Shown here piece by piece: positions 30,305-39,568 of a stretch of DNA of 64,000 bases (position 1 is its first letter; each line of letters starts with the position of its first letter). Made by a program: the position numbers and the translations under genes. The notes under the pieces were generated by a model. The model did not search any database. It was not told the DNA's origin and saw only the letters and a program-made list of their open reading frames with translations. The stretch spans positions 216,260-280,259 of the forward strand of contig JAKQKX010000045.1 in NCBI GenBank assembly GCA_029560465.1, read 5' to 3'. This stretch comes from Candidatus Omnitrophota bacterium (lineage in GTDB: Bacteria > Omnitrophota > Gorgyraeia > Zapsychrales > JANLHA01).

Positions 30305-30988
30305 TCATTTTTCAGAAGCTTTATCCTTATCCTTGCCCGCGGAAGAATCAGCTTTCTTTTCCTTAAGCACTTCCGGTTCCGTTGGCCCCTCGGCAGCGGC
30401 TCCCGGCTCCTCTTCCCGCATCGGAGGGATAACCGTACACACAACCGCGTCCAGGTCTTCCTTGGTCCTGACCCCCTCCGGCAACACAAGATCCTTGACA
30501 AAAACACTATCCCCAATCTCCAAAGCGGAAATATCCACATCAATATGCTGAGGGATATTCATCGGCAGACAAATCACTTCCAAATCCCACATGTGATGCT
30601 CGAGAGATCCATGGTTTTTCTTGACACCAGGCGCATCCCCCTTGACCACCAGCCCCACCTTTACTGCGATTTCCTGGGTCAGGGAAATGACATTAAAATC
30701 CACGTGTATAATTTCGTCCGTCACCGGGTGATGCTGCTCTTCTTTAACGATCACCGAGCAATCGCTCAAACGGGTATCTCCGTCAAACACGTCCAAGTGA
30801 TACACGACGCTTTCCCCCATATGAGCCCGCCTAATTTTCTCAAAGACTTTTTTGTCCAACTTCACCGTAACCGGCTGCGCGTCTTTCCCGTAAATGACCG
30901 CAGGGACAAAACCCTGCCGCCGGACCTGTTTTATGCGTTGGCTTCCGACTTCCTTGCGTGATTGCACACTCAATTTAATTTCTTCCAT
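30305..30988 (-). CDS. rplY: 50S ribosomal protein bL25 (long CTC type)
   Basis: RRQGFVPAVIYG, QHHPV..IIHVDF, C-terminal CTC domain. Confidence 0.95.
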   Translation of the reverse strand: MEEIKLSVQSRKEVGSQRIKQVRRQGFVPAVIYGKDAQPVTVKLDKKVFEKIRRAHMGESVVYHLDVFDGDTRLSDCSVIVKEEQHHPVTDEIIHVDFNVISLTQEIAVKVGLVVKGDAPGVKKNHGSLEHHMWDLEVICLPMNIPQHIDVDISALEIGDSVFVKDLVLPEGVRTKEDLDAVVCTVIPPMREEEPGAAAEGPTEPEVLKEKKADSSAGKDKDKASEK

Positions 30989-31028
30989 TTTTATCGACCT
31001 GCCTTTTCTTTTAGATTGATGCCGCCCG

Positions 31029-31985
31029 TCAATGCCGGGTATATTCAAACAAACAACTCACCGAATTCTCACTGTGAATCCGGTGGATCGCCTCCGCCAG
31101 TAACGGGGCGATTGAAATGACTTTAATTTTAGAATTCACCGCACTCTTTTTAAACGGGATACTGTCCGTAATCATCACCTCTTTCAACACATCGCATTTC
31201 CTGATTTTCTCCAACGCGTCGCCGGATAACACGCCATGGCTGATCGCCGCGCAAACGGACGTGACGCCTTTCTTTTTCAACCCCTCTGCCGCCTGGATAA
31301 GGGACCCCCCCGTGGCGACGATATCATCAACAAGGATCGCGACTTTTCCCTTGACCGCCCCCAGGATATGCATCACTTCGGTCTTCTCCGGGCTCGTCCG
31401 CCGCTTATCGATCACCGCCAGTCCGGCATTAAGCTTTTTGGCGTACGCACGGGCCATTTTCAGGCTCCCGACATCCGGGGACACGATCACCAGTTTGGAA
31501 CTCGGAATTTTTTTATCAACATAATCACATAACGTATTAATCGCGTACAAATGGTCGACCGGGATGTCAAAAAACCCCTGAATCTGGCTGGCATGCAAAT
31601 CCATCGTCAAAATACGGTTCGCACCGGCGGCCGTGATCAGATTCGCGACCAGCTTAGCGGTGATCGGAACGCGCGGCTGATCCTTGCGGTCCTGGCGGGC
31701 ATATCCGTAATAAGGCATGACCGCCGTGATCCTTTTGGCCGATGCCCGGCGAACAGCATCCATCATGACCAAAAGTTCCATTAAATTGTCGTTGACAGGA
31801 GGGCACGTCGGCTGGATGATAAAAACATCCTTCCCCCGGACATTGTCTTTAATCCTGACCTGAATTTCTCCTTCGCTGAACCGTCCGACCAGGACATCCG
31901 CAAGCGGCACTTGCAGATATTTGCATATCCCCTGCGCTAAAGCGAGGTTCGCGTTACCGCTGAAGACCGCCATGGTGCCGTTCAT
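31029..31985 (-). CDS. prs: ribose-phosphate pyrophosphokinase
   Basis: PYYGYARQDRK, DLHASQIQGFFD, SPDVG, VDDIVATGGS. Confidence 0.97.
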   Translation of the reverse strand: MNGTMAVFSGNANLALAQGICKYLQVPLADVLVGRFSEGEIQVRIKDNVRGKDVFIIQPTCPPVNDNLMELLVMMDAVRRASAKRITAVMPYYGYARQDRKDQPRVPITAKLVANLITAAGANRILTMDLHASQIQGFFDIPVDHLYAINTLCDYVDKKIPSSKLVIVSPDVGSLKMARAYAKKLNAGLAVIDKRRTSPEKTEVMHILGAVKGKVAILVDDIVATGGSLIQAAEGLKKKGVTSVCAAISHGVLSGDALEKIRKCDVLKEVMITDSIPFKKSAVNSKIKVISIAPLLAEAIHRIHSENSVSCLFEYTRH

Positions 31986-32017
31986 ACCCTTCTCCTCTCC
32001 TTTTTAGAATCTGGTGT

Positions 32018-33274
32018 TTAGCCCTTCTTCTCCCGAATCCGTCCGGGGACCCCAACGATGACTCTCCCCGACGGCACTTTAGTCCCGCGGGTAACAACAC
32101 ACCCGGCTCCGGTCATGGCGCCCGCCCCGATTTCAACCGGAGCCACCAAAATAGAATCAGACCCTACAAAAGCCCGGGCGCCGACACGCGTCCGGTTCTT
32201 GTTCTTTCCGTCATAATTCGCGGTCACCACTCCGGCTCCGATATTAACGCCCCGGCCGAGCCTGGCATCCCCCAGAAAACTAAAATGCTTCATGAAACAC
32301 TGGTCACCCATCACGCTGCGCGACACTTCGGCAAAGTTGCCGATCTCAACCCGGTTCCCAATTTTTGTGCCAGGACGGATCCTCGCAAACGGGCCGATCA
32401 CGCACTGAGTACCGATCGTCACGTTGCTCTCGATCACCGTGCATGGACGGATAATGGTGTCTGGCCCGACCCGGACAGTGTCATCAATATACGTGGTGTT
32501 GGGATCAATGATCGTCACCCCGGAAAGCATCAACTTCTTGAGCACGCGCAACCGCAACACCCGCTCGGCGACAGCAAGGTCCTCCCGGGAATTAATCCCA
32601 ACGCCCTCCAGGGCATCCTGCGCGCCCACCGTTTCAACCTTCGCGCCGCTTTGAGCCAAGATCGCCACCACATCCGTCAAATAATATTCTTTCTTTTTAG
32701 CGTTTAAAGGGACCTTTCTAAGCGAAGAGAACAGCGCTTCTTTCCGCACACAGTACACGCCCACATTGATTTCCCGGATCTTCTTTTCCTCCAGAGTGGC
32801 ATCCTTCTCTTCCCGGATAGCGACCGCGACCCCGGAATCATTGCGGATCACCCGTCCGTAACCACGGCTGTCTTCCAAAGATGCGGTTAAAAAAGTGCAC
32901 ACCGCCCCGGTCCGCTTGTGCCGGCGGATGATGCTCCGAACCGTTTCCTTGCGTAAAAGAGGCGTATCCCCGCAGAGAATCAGGATATCCCCGTTATAAT
33001 CCCTGAAAAAAGGCTCCCCCTGGCGGACAGCATCCGCTGTCCCCAAAAGCTCCTTTTGCTCATAAGCAACAATGTCCGGGCCCAAAACTTCTCTCACCCG
33101 GTCGCTCTGATGCCCCAGCACGACAAACGTTTTCAAAGAACCGGCGGCATGAACCACATCCAGGACATGCTGAATCAGCGGCCTGCCGCACAGCGCATGC
33201 AAAACTTTAGGGACCCGGGATTTCATCCGCGTCCCTTTGCCCGCTGCAAGAATTATCGTCATTACGTGATCCAT
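32018..33274 (-). CDS. glmU: bifunctional GlmU (shortened C-terminus)
   Basis: ILAAGKGTRMKS..PKVLH, GYGRV, EYYLTD, NIGAG..TANYDG. Confidence 0.93.
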   Translation of the reverse strand: MDHVMTIILAAGKGTRMKSRVPKVLHALCGRPLIQHVLDVVHAAGSLKTFVVLGHQSDRVREVLGPDIVAYEQKELLGTADAVRQGEPFFRDYNGDILILCGDTPLLRKETVRSIIRRHKRTGAVCTFLTASLEDSRGYGRVIRNDSGVAVAIREEKDATLEEKKIREINVGVYCVRKEALFSSLRKVPLNAKKKEYYLTDVVAILAQSGAKVETVGAQDALEGVGINSREDLAVAERVLRLRVLKKLMLSGVTIIDPNTTYIDDTVRVGPDTIIRPCTVIESNVTIGTQCVIGPFARIRPGTKIGNRVEIGNFAEVSRSVMGDQCFMKHFSFLGDARLGRGVNIGAGVVTANYDGKNKNRTRVGARAFVGSDSILVAPVEIGAGAMTGAGCVVTRGTKVPSGRVIVGVPGRIREKKG

Positions 33275-33350
33275 GGAAAACCGATGTCTTTTCTGTCCTA
33301 ATATTCCGGCAGACGGCACGAGGCGATCATGTGTTTGATCCCGGGAAAAA

Positions 33351-33425
33351 TGGCTGCCCAGCCTGGACTCGAACCAGGAAAACGAGATCCAAATTCTCGT
33401 GTGTTGCCAATTACACCACCGGGCA
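33351..33425 (-). tRNA. tRNA-Gln(UUG)
   Basis: Cloverleaf: acceptor TGCCCGG/CTGGGCA, anticodon arm CGAGA-ATTTGGA-TCTCG, T arm CCTGG-TTCGAGT-CCAGG, encoded CCA. Confidence 0.95.
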
Positions 33426-33465
33426 ATAATAATCCTAAATGACGGCCTGGCGAAACGGCTCCGGC

Positions 33466-33870
33466 CTAAGCATCCGCATCATCCATCGCGGAAGAGGAAG
33501 GGTGTTCCACTTCCTGTTTATACGCTTCCAAAATCCGACCCTGCAGATATTCACGGAACTTCTGGGTGACAGGATGAGCAATATCACGATGCTCCGCCTT
33601 CGCATCGCGCAGAGCATCCTCTTTATCCGGGGGCAGAACCTGGGCCCCGCAATGGTTACAATACCGGCTTCCCACCTCATTCTTAAAACCACATTTAGCA
33701 CATGAACTCTTTACTTTACGAGAAGGCATGGCAATAAACAGGCCACCGGCCCCTTCAATCACTTTTATATTCCGAACCACGAAAACATCATCGAAAGTAA
33801 CGGTTGTATAGGCTTTTAATTTCTTATCCTGTCCCTCTTTCAAAAATACGCGAATTTCTGTAATTTCCAT
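33466..33870 (-). CDS. spoVG: SpoVG family protein with zinc-ribbon insertion
   Basis: MEITEIRV, FVVRNIKVIEG..GLFIAMPSRK, DIAHPV; CAKC/CNHC insert. Confidence 0.92.
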   Translation of the reverse strand: MEITEIRVFLKEGQDKKLKAYTTVTFDDVFVVRNIKVIEGAGGLFIAMPSRKVKSSCAKCGFKNEVGSRYCNHCGAQVLPPDKEDALRDAKAEHRDIAHPVTQKFREYLQGRILEAYKQEVEHPSSSAMDDADA

Positions 33871-33885
33871 GATGCCAACCTCCTG

Positions 33886-34746
33886 TCAAAGTGTTCTTAC
33901 GGCATAAACCTGGCTGTACCTTTTCGACAACAGTGCTTGGAGTTTTTCTGCCTGCTGCTGGTTTTGGGTTATTCCAAAGATGGCCGGGCCACTCCCCGAA
34001 AACGACACCCCCTCCACCTCTTTATATATTAATAGTCGTTCCCGAATGCAACGCAGAGAGGAACGGAGCTCTAAAATACTGCTCTCCAAATCGTTAGATA
34101 ACAAGCGGCCTACTCTAATAATATTCTTATTCTTTAAATAGCGAATTAGAATATTAACATCATCCCCTGGCTTTGTCAACTGCAAATTAAGGTTCGCAAA
34201 CACTTCTGAGCTATACATTTTCAGACGGGGGACCACCAAAACATGCCACAACGTTGTCTTTAAATCGAGCCTGTGGATTTCATCCCCGCGGCTTAACCCC
34301 AAGGCCCAACTGCAGTCATGAAGGAAAAACGGGACATCGCTCCCCACCTCCTTGGCCAAGTCCACCATCTCTGCCAAAGGCATCTTGAGTTTCCAAATCA
34401 TGTTTAACCCTTTGAAGGCCGTCGCCGCATTACTTGAGCCGCCGGCCAAACCCGCGGCGACAGGGATCCGCTTGTTCAAAAACACCTCAACCCCGGCTTT
34501 GACCCGGAATTTTTCTTGGAGCAGCCGCGCTGTGCGAAAAATCAAATTCTTGGGTCCACAGGGCACATGGGGATGGGAGCAACGGATACGAACCGCCCCG
34601 TCTGCGGTGGGCTTAAACATAATCTCATCGCACAGGTTGATTCTTTCAAAAATGGTTTTTAAGTCGTGATAACCATCCGCCCGTTTCCGGAGGACTTTCA
34701 AAGACAGGTTTAACTTGGCGGGAGAACGCAAAATAACAGATTTCAT
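33886..34746 (-). CDS. ispE: 4-diphosphocytidyl-2-C-methyl-D-erythritol kinase
   Basis: PAKLNL, DGYH, IPVAAGLAGGSSNAA, GSDVPFF, SGSG. Confidence 0.96.
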   Translation of the reverse strand: MKSVILRSPAKLNLSLKVLRKRADGYHDLKTIFERINLCDEIMFKPTADGAVRIRCSHPHVPCGPKNLIFRTARLLQEKFRVKAGVEVFLNKRIPVAAGLAGGSSNAATAFKGLNMIWKLKMPLAEMVDLAKEVGSDVPFFLHDCSWALGLSRGDEIHRLDLKTTLWHVLVVPRLKMYSSEVFANLNLQLTKPGDDVNILIRYLKNKNIIRVGRLLSNDLESSILELRSSLRCIRERLLIYKEVEGVSFSGSGPAIFGITQNQQQAEKLQALLSKRYSQVYAVRTL

Positions 34747-34797
34747 GCCATACCACCTAACAAACGCCGGCTACCGAACACCCATGATCTCGGGGGC

Positions 34798-35772
34798 TCA
34801 ATTGAGCTTCTCTATTTTCTGAAGGACACGCTGCTGGTCCGGGAGCATATCTAATGAAAATTCCCAATATTTTTTCGCTTCTTCATACTGGTTCAGCATA
34901 TAATAAGCGTCCCCTATATGCTCGTAGATCACAGGGTCTTTTAAATAAGTGTCAGCGGCTTCAAACGTGGACAGGGCTTTTTCATATTCACCTTGTTTGT
35001 AGTAAATCCACCCCAAACTGTCCCAATAGGCGCCGTTTTCAGGATCCAGCTTGATCGCCCGGCTCACCATCTCTTCCGCCACCTGCAATTGAATCCCGTC
35101 CTCGGCATACAAATACCCCAGGGAATTCAAACTCCCATCATGCTCCGGGTCCACTTTAAGGGCGCGCATAAAATAATCCATGGCTTTCGGACGCTCCCCC
35201 AATTCCAAATGCAAAGTTCCCAAGAGAAAAAGGACATCTGCATTTTTAGGGGACAGTTTTAAAACCAAGTCATATTGAGCGATGGCTTTTCGATATTCCT
35301 TCTGGGAATAATACAACTGCCCCAAAGAAATATAGATCTCGATATTATTGGGATCTGTCTCGGAAAATGACGTCAGGATTGATTCATATTCTTTGGCGGC
35401 CAGGTCAAAATCTTTCTGGCTGGAATAGATCAGCGCCAGCAAATAACGCGCCTGGACATTCTTCTCATCGTAGTTCAGAACTTTCTGCAAGGCGCTGATC
35501 GACTCGGGCAACTTGCCCAATCGGGCATAATCCGCCCCCAACCGCAGGTACACATCAGCATTCCCTTTATATTCAGCGGACGTCTTATAGGAATTAATGG
35601 CCTCATCCGTCATCCCCTGCAGGTCATAGACCAAGGCCATGATATAGTGGGCAATCCCTTTGGCCTTCGCATCCTGTTCGGTCTTCGCGTAAACGACCGT
35701 CGGACTCAGGCAAAGCACACTTCCAAAGACAACAATACACAGAGGAAGCAACTTGTTTCTTAATACCCGCAT
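34798..35772 (-). CDS. exported TPR protein
   Basis: Signal peptide, multiple TPRs, LNSLGYLYA..AYWDSLGWIYY as in TPR genes upstream of ispE. Confidence 0.88.
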   Translation of the reverse strand: MRVLRNKLLPLCIVVFGSVLCLSPTVVYAKTEQDAKAKGIAHYIMALVYDLQGMTDEAINSYKTSAEYKGNADVYLRLGADYARLGKLPESISALQKVLNYDEKNVQARYLLALIYSSQKDFDLAAKEYESILTSFSETDPNNIEIYISLGQLYYSQKEYRKAIAQYDLVLKLSPKNADVLFLLGTLHLELGERPKAMDYFMRALKVDPEHDGSLNSLGYLYAEDGIQLQVAEEMVSRAIKLDPENGAYWDSLGWIYYKQGEYEKALSTFEAADTYLKDPVIYEHIGDAYYMLNQYEEAKKYWEFSLDMLPDQQRVLQKIEKLN

Positions 35773-35781
35773 GGCTTAAAA

Positions 35782-35883
35782 TTACGCCCAATCACGTTTT
35801 TTAAGATGCCGCAAAGACTTTCTTTGTTTCTTTCTTTTATGGGTAGTTATTTTCCTGCGTTTCCGTTTTTTTCCACAAGGCAT
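35782..35883 (-). CDS. bS22/mS38 (AURKAIP1-COX24 domain)-like small basic protein, 33 aa
   Basis: Manual translation MPCGKKRKRRKITTHKRKKQRKSLRHLKKRDWA; AAAGG SD upstream; fills the hisG-TPR gap. Confidence 0.85.
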   Translation of the reverse strand: MPCGKKRKRRKITTHKRKKQRKSLRHLKKRDWA

Positions 35884-35903
35884 AAGTCCAACCTTTGATA
35901 ATT

Positions 35904-36779
35904 TTAAAGAATGATTTTATTTAAAGAGTACTCTATAATTCCCTGCGCCCCGGCCTTTTTGAGTTCCGGGATAATCGTCCTGACTTTCCCTTCATGAATC
36001 ACAGTCTCCACCGCCAGCCATTCCTCATCGCGCAGGTGGGAAATCGTGGGCTGTTTTAGAGAAGAGAGCTGGGCTAAAACCCTGTCCAGATCATCCCGGT
36101 GCACATTTAATTTTAACCCAACCATGCCGTTTGCGTCAATGGCTCCTTTCAGGAGCATAACGATCTGTTCCATCTTCTGTTTTTTCCACGGATCACGCAA
36201 ACTCTCGCGGTTGGCGATAAACTGGGTGGTTGATTCGCAGATCGTCGTCACAATCCGCAATTTATTCGCCCGCAGGCTCGTACCCGTCTCGGTCAATTCC
36301 ACGACTGCGTCCACCAGGCCCGCCGCCACTTTAGCCTCGGTCGCGCCCCAGCTGAACTCCACCTCGGCTTTAACCTTGCGCTCTTTTAAATAGGTCTTAG
36401 TCACGTTCACCAATTCCGTCGCGATCCGCATTCCTTCTAGATCTTCAACCGCTTTGATCTTCGAATGCTCGGGAACAGCCAGAACCCAACGCACTTTGAC
36501 GGAGGATTGTTTGGCGTAAACCAAATCGGCCAATGTCTTGACTTTGGACTCGTTTTCAAGCACCCAGTCAGCTCCGGTGATACCGCAATCCAACACACCT
36601 TCTTCAACATAGCGGGACATCTCCTGGGCCCGCAACAACACGGGTTCCACAGCCTCATCGTCAATAATGGGGAAATAAGAACGGTCCGACATATAAATCC
36701 GAAACCCGGCCCGTTCAAAAACCTTGATGGTGGCTTCCTGCAAACTCCCTTTCGGAAGACCTAAATGTAACTTTTTCAT
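35904..36779 (-). CDS. hisG: ATP phosphoribosyltransferase, long form
   Basis: LGLPKGSL, LDCGITGADW, SWGATEAK, TGTSLRAN, C-terminal regulatory domain. Confidence 0.95.
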   Translation of the reverse strand: MKKLHLGLPKGSLQEATIKVFERAGFRIYMSDRSYFPIIDDEAVEPVLLRAQEMSRYVEEGVLDCGITGADWVLENESKVKTLADLVYAKQSSVKVRWVLAVPEHSKIKAVEDLEGMRIATELVNVTKTYLKERKVKAEVEFSWGATEAKVAAGLVDAVVELTETGTSLRANKLRIVTTICESTTQFIANRESLRDPWKKQKMEQIVMLLKGAIDANGMVGLKLNVHRDDLDRVLAQLSSLKQPTISHLRDEEWLAVETVIHEGKVRTIIPELKKAGAQGIIEYSLNKIIL

Positions 36780-36849
36780 GCTGATCCTTCTCTCCCTCCC
36801 CGCTGCGAAACACTGCAAAAACAAAGTGTGGTTGGCTGAAACAGGGGGT

Positions 36850-36878
36850 ATTATAACCTTAGGTATTTCAAAAGTAAA
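36850..36878 (-). promoter_or_regulatory. sigma70-type promoter for the hisG-led run
   Basis: Minus strand TTTACT-N17-TATAAT. Confidence 0.65.
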
Positions 36879-36909
36879 GGAATTTTCTGTCCTCGTGCGC
36901 GAAAATCCC

Positions 36910-36938
36910 TTGTCAAAAAGTTAATAAGTAGATATAAT
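36910..36938 (+). promoter_or_regulatory. sigma70-type promoter for the ppiD-like gene (divergent)
   Basis: TTGTCA-N17-TATAAT upstream of the AGGAG SD and ATG at 37007. Confidence 0.75.
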
Positions 36939-37006
36939 GCGTTTTCTAACGTTTTTTAAAATTGTTTTCTCCCCAAATTCAACATCCCTAAGCAGAAGGA
37001 GATCCC

Positions 37007-38584
37007 ATGTTAAAGGTTATTCGTCACAAAGGGTTCATGAAAAAAACTTTATGGGCGCTGGCGGTTGTCATCATTATTTCCTTTGGGTTCTTCGGGCAGT
37101 CTTTTCTGTTCAGGGATTCCTCAACGGCCAACTACGCGGGGAAAATTTTCGGAAAAAAAATTTCGATTCGGGAATATGATTTCAACCGGATACAGACGGA
37201 CCTCCAGCTGCGCCTGCAATACGGCTCCGAATACAAAAAAATCGCCGAGTTCATTAATATCTTCGCCCAAACCTGGGACCGGATTATCCTTCTGCACGAA
37301 GCCAACCGGCAGCGCATCACAGTACCGGACGAAATGGTCGTTTCCACGATTCAACATTACCCCTTTTTCCTGAAAAACGGCGTTTTCAACCAGGCGCTCT
37401 ACACTCAAATCCTGAATAACGCATTTCATATCCAGCCCCGGGACTTCGAGGAAGGCATGCGCGACTCGCTTAAAATCGCCAAACTTTTTGAAAAAGAGAC
37501 GGAAAACATCACCGTTCCGGATGAAGGGGTCTTAGAATATTACACCCAACGCAACGAAAAAGCTCAGGTCACCTACGGGCTGGTTTCAACGGACCAATAT
37601 TTGTCTGACGTCCCTTTCGATGACGTCCAAGCCAAAAATTATTATCTGAGCCATAAAGAGGAGTTCATGCTCCCGCCGATGATCAACGTGGAATTCATTC
37701 AGGTTGATTTCCCGAAAGGCCATCCGGCCCCCAACCCCGACGGGGAAGCCGAAAACACACCGGCCCCGGACGGCGAAGGGATCCCGGGCCAAAACGCCGT
37801 GAGCGATGCCGCCAAAGAAACGGCCTGGCAGGCCGCCCAAGACCTGGCGGACGCCATCCTTATGGATCATACAAATTTAAAAACCGTGGCCAGCGAAAAC
37901 AAAAAAATCATCAGGGAAAGCGGGTTCTTCAGCCTGCAGAAACCCGACCTTTCCATGGGCTGGTCCTTCCCCCTGATTCAGCAACTTTTTGAGCTGCCGA
38001 AAGGCCAAATCTTGGGCCCAGTCGAAGCCTCTGATGGTTATCAAATCCTTCAGATCAAAGAGCGCCGGGAGCCCACGCTCCCCGATTATCCATCGGTTCA
38101 AGATAACGTCAAAGCGGCCTGGATAAAAGGTGAAGCGAAAAAAATCGCCAGGAAAAAAGCGGATCAATTCCTAGGTCAAATCCGGGAAGCCCTCAGCCAG
38201 CCTGGGAATCCAGGGTTTAAAACCATCGCCGAAAACCTGGGCTTGGCTGTTTCCCAAACCCCGGTTTTTCAGCGGGGAGAATACCTCCCCAACATCGGAC
38301 TGTCCCGGGACTTCCAGGAAGCCGCTTTTGCGCTTAAGAACAGCTCGGATGTCAGCGCCCCGGTTGAAACGGAAAAAGGATTTTATCTCCTGATTCTGGA
38401 TTCCTATGTTCCTGTGGATATGGAAAAATATAAAGAAGAGAAAACCCCTTATCTCCAAGAGATCCTGCAGGAGAAAAAAGCGAAGGCATTTGAAGAAATT
38501 CTGAACCGGCTGAGGCTGGATGCCAATCTGGAAGATCACACCCCCGAAATCTACCGGCTAAACACCAATGAACCCGGCGCGTAG
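37007..38584 (+). CDS. PpiD/SurA-N-domain periplasmic chaperone
   Basis: N-terminal TM anchor, SurA-N-like F..NGVFNQ..Y region, parvulin-like remnants (GPVEASDGYQI, PVETEKGFYL). Confidence 0.82.
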   Translation: MLKVIRHKGFMKKTLWALAVVIIISFGFFGQSFLFRDSSTANYAGKIFGKKISIREYDFNRIQTDLQLRLQYGSEYKKIAEFINIFAQTWDRIILLHEANRQRITVPDEMVVSTIQHYPFFLKNGVFNQALYTQILNNAFHIQPRDFEEGMRDSLKIAKLFEKETENITVPDEGVLEYYTQRNEKAQVTYGLVSTDQYLSDVPFDDVQAKNYYLSHKEEFMLPPMINVEFIQVDFPKGHPAPNPDGEAENTPAPDGEGIPGQNAVSDAAKETAWQAAQDLADAILMDHTNLKTVASENKKIIRESGFFSLQKPDLSMGWSFPLIQQLFELPKGQILGPVEASDGYQILQIKERREPTLPDYPSVQDNVKAAWIKGEAKKIARKKADQFLGQIREALSQPGNPGFKTIAENLGLAVSQTPVFQRGEYLPNIGLSRDFQEAAFALKNSSDVSAPVETEKGFYLLILDSYVPVDMEKYKEEKTPYLQEILQEKKAKAFEEILNRLRLDANLEDHTPEIYRLNTNEPGA

Positions 38585-38602
38585 GTCCGAAATCCCCCGC
38601 GG

Positions 38603-39136
38603 CTAGGAGCCATCCCCCGGCGTTAACGTTCCGCTGGAAAAAAGGATCTGTTCATAATTCTCAGGGATATCATTCTCAACCGCGCGGACAACCCCCTCGG
38701 CATTCACGAAAATAAAGGTCGGAATCCCGATCACCCCATAGGCGTCGGACACGGACCCGTCCTCGTCCAGAAACACATCCATGGTCATGTGATTGGCTGA
38801 CATATAAGCCTGGACAAGTTTGGCGCTTTCCCCCAGGTCCACCAACGCAACCTGAACGCCTTTAGCCTCCAAATCCGCCTGGCTGTTGTGGATCGTGTCC
38901 AGCTGCACGCGGCAGTGCGGGCACCATGTCGCCCAGAAAAAAATAATGACCGGCTTCCCGTTCCGCATCGTTGTCAGGTTCAAATTTTTTTGATAAATGG
39001 AATTAAGGGTAAAGTCCGGGGCCTTCTGGCCGATAAGAGGATTTTCAAAAAAGAAAAACTGCCCCATGGCGTAAGACCCGTTAATCGCTAAAAAACTGAC
39101 CAAGAGAACGACGATAAAACGTCCGATTATTTTCAT
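38603..39136 (-). CDS. TlpA/ResA-family thiol-disulfide oxidoreductase
   Basis: APDFTL, FFWATWCPHC, YGVIGIPT; N-terminal signal or anchor. Confidence 0.9.
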   Translation of the reverse strand: MKIIGRFIVVLLVSFLAINGSYAMGQFFFFENPLIGQKAPDFTLNSIYQKNLNLTTMRNGKPVIIFFWATWCPHCRVQLDTIHNSQADLEAKGVQVALVDLGESAKLVQAYMSANHMTMDVFLDEDGSVSDAYGVIGIPTFIFVNAEGVVRAVENDIPENYEQILFSSGTLTPGDGS

Positions 39137-39161
39137 GCCAATCCCCCTTTATCTGTGCCCC

Positions 39162-39488
39162 TCATGATTGCACTGTTTCATCAATCCAAGCCAGGTAATC
39201 TTCCTGGCCCGCGATGATCGGCAAAGCAATGATTTCCGGCACGCTATAACTATGCCGCGCTTTTATCGCTGCCACTAAAGTTTGAAAAACAGAATAACGG
39301 GTCTTCAGGATTAACAGGCATTCACCAGCGCGGTCAATTTTCCCTTCCCACCAAAACAGCGAGTCCACGTTGGGAACAATGTTAACGCAGGCGGCCAGCT
39401 TCTCTTCCAGTAACACGCGGCCAAGCCCCCGTGCTTCTTCCTGGTTCGGGACAGTGACGAGAACAACAATATATTGAGTACCAGTCAT
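39162..39488 (-). CDS. cutA: CutA divalent-cation tolerance protein
   Basis: LAACVNI, WWEGKI, HSYSVPEII, YLAWI. Confidence 0.95.
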   Translation of the reverse strand: MTGTQYIVVLVTVPNQEEARGLGRVLLEEKLAACVNIVPNVDSLFWWEGKIDRAGECLLILKTRYSVFQTLVAAIKARHSYSVPEIIALPIIAGQEDYLAWIDETVQS

Positions 39489-39529
39489 CCTTCAGGCCCT
39501 CTTTGTTTTTCCCCGCTTATAAAAAATTT

Positions 39530-39557
39530 ATTATACCGCTATGGATTCAAATTTCAA
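39530..39557 (-). promoter_or_regulatory. possible promoter for cutA-tlpA
   Basis: Minus strand TTGAAA-N16-TATAAT. Confidence 0.5.
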
Positions 39558-39568
39558 TGAATATCCTG

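Noticed and set aside
33320-33470. tRNA-Gln as an integration site for a mobile element
   Set aside because: No integrase or duplicated tRNA 3' end seen; flanked by core genes
37720-37780. Short PAP.DGE repeat in the PpiD-like protein
   Set aside because: Two-copy low-complexity linker, not a repeat system
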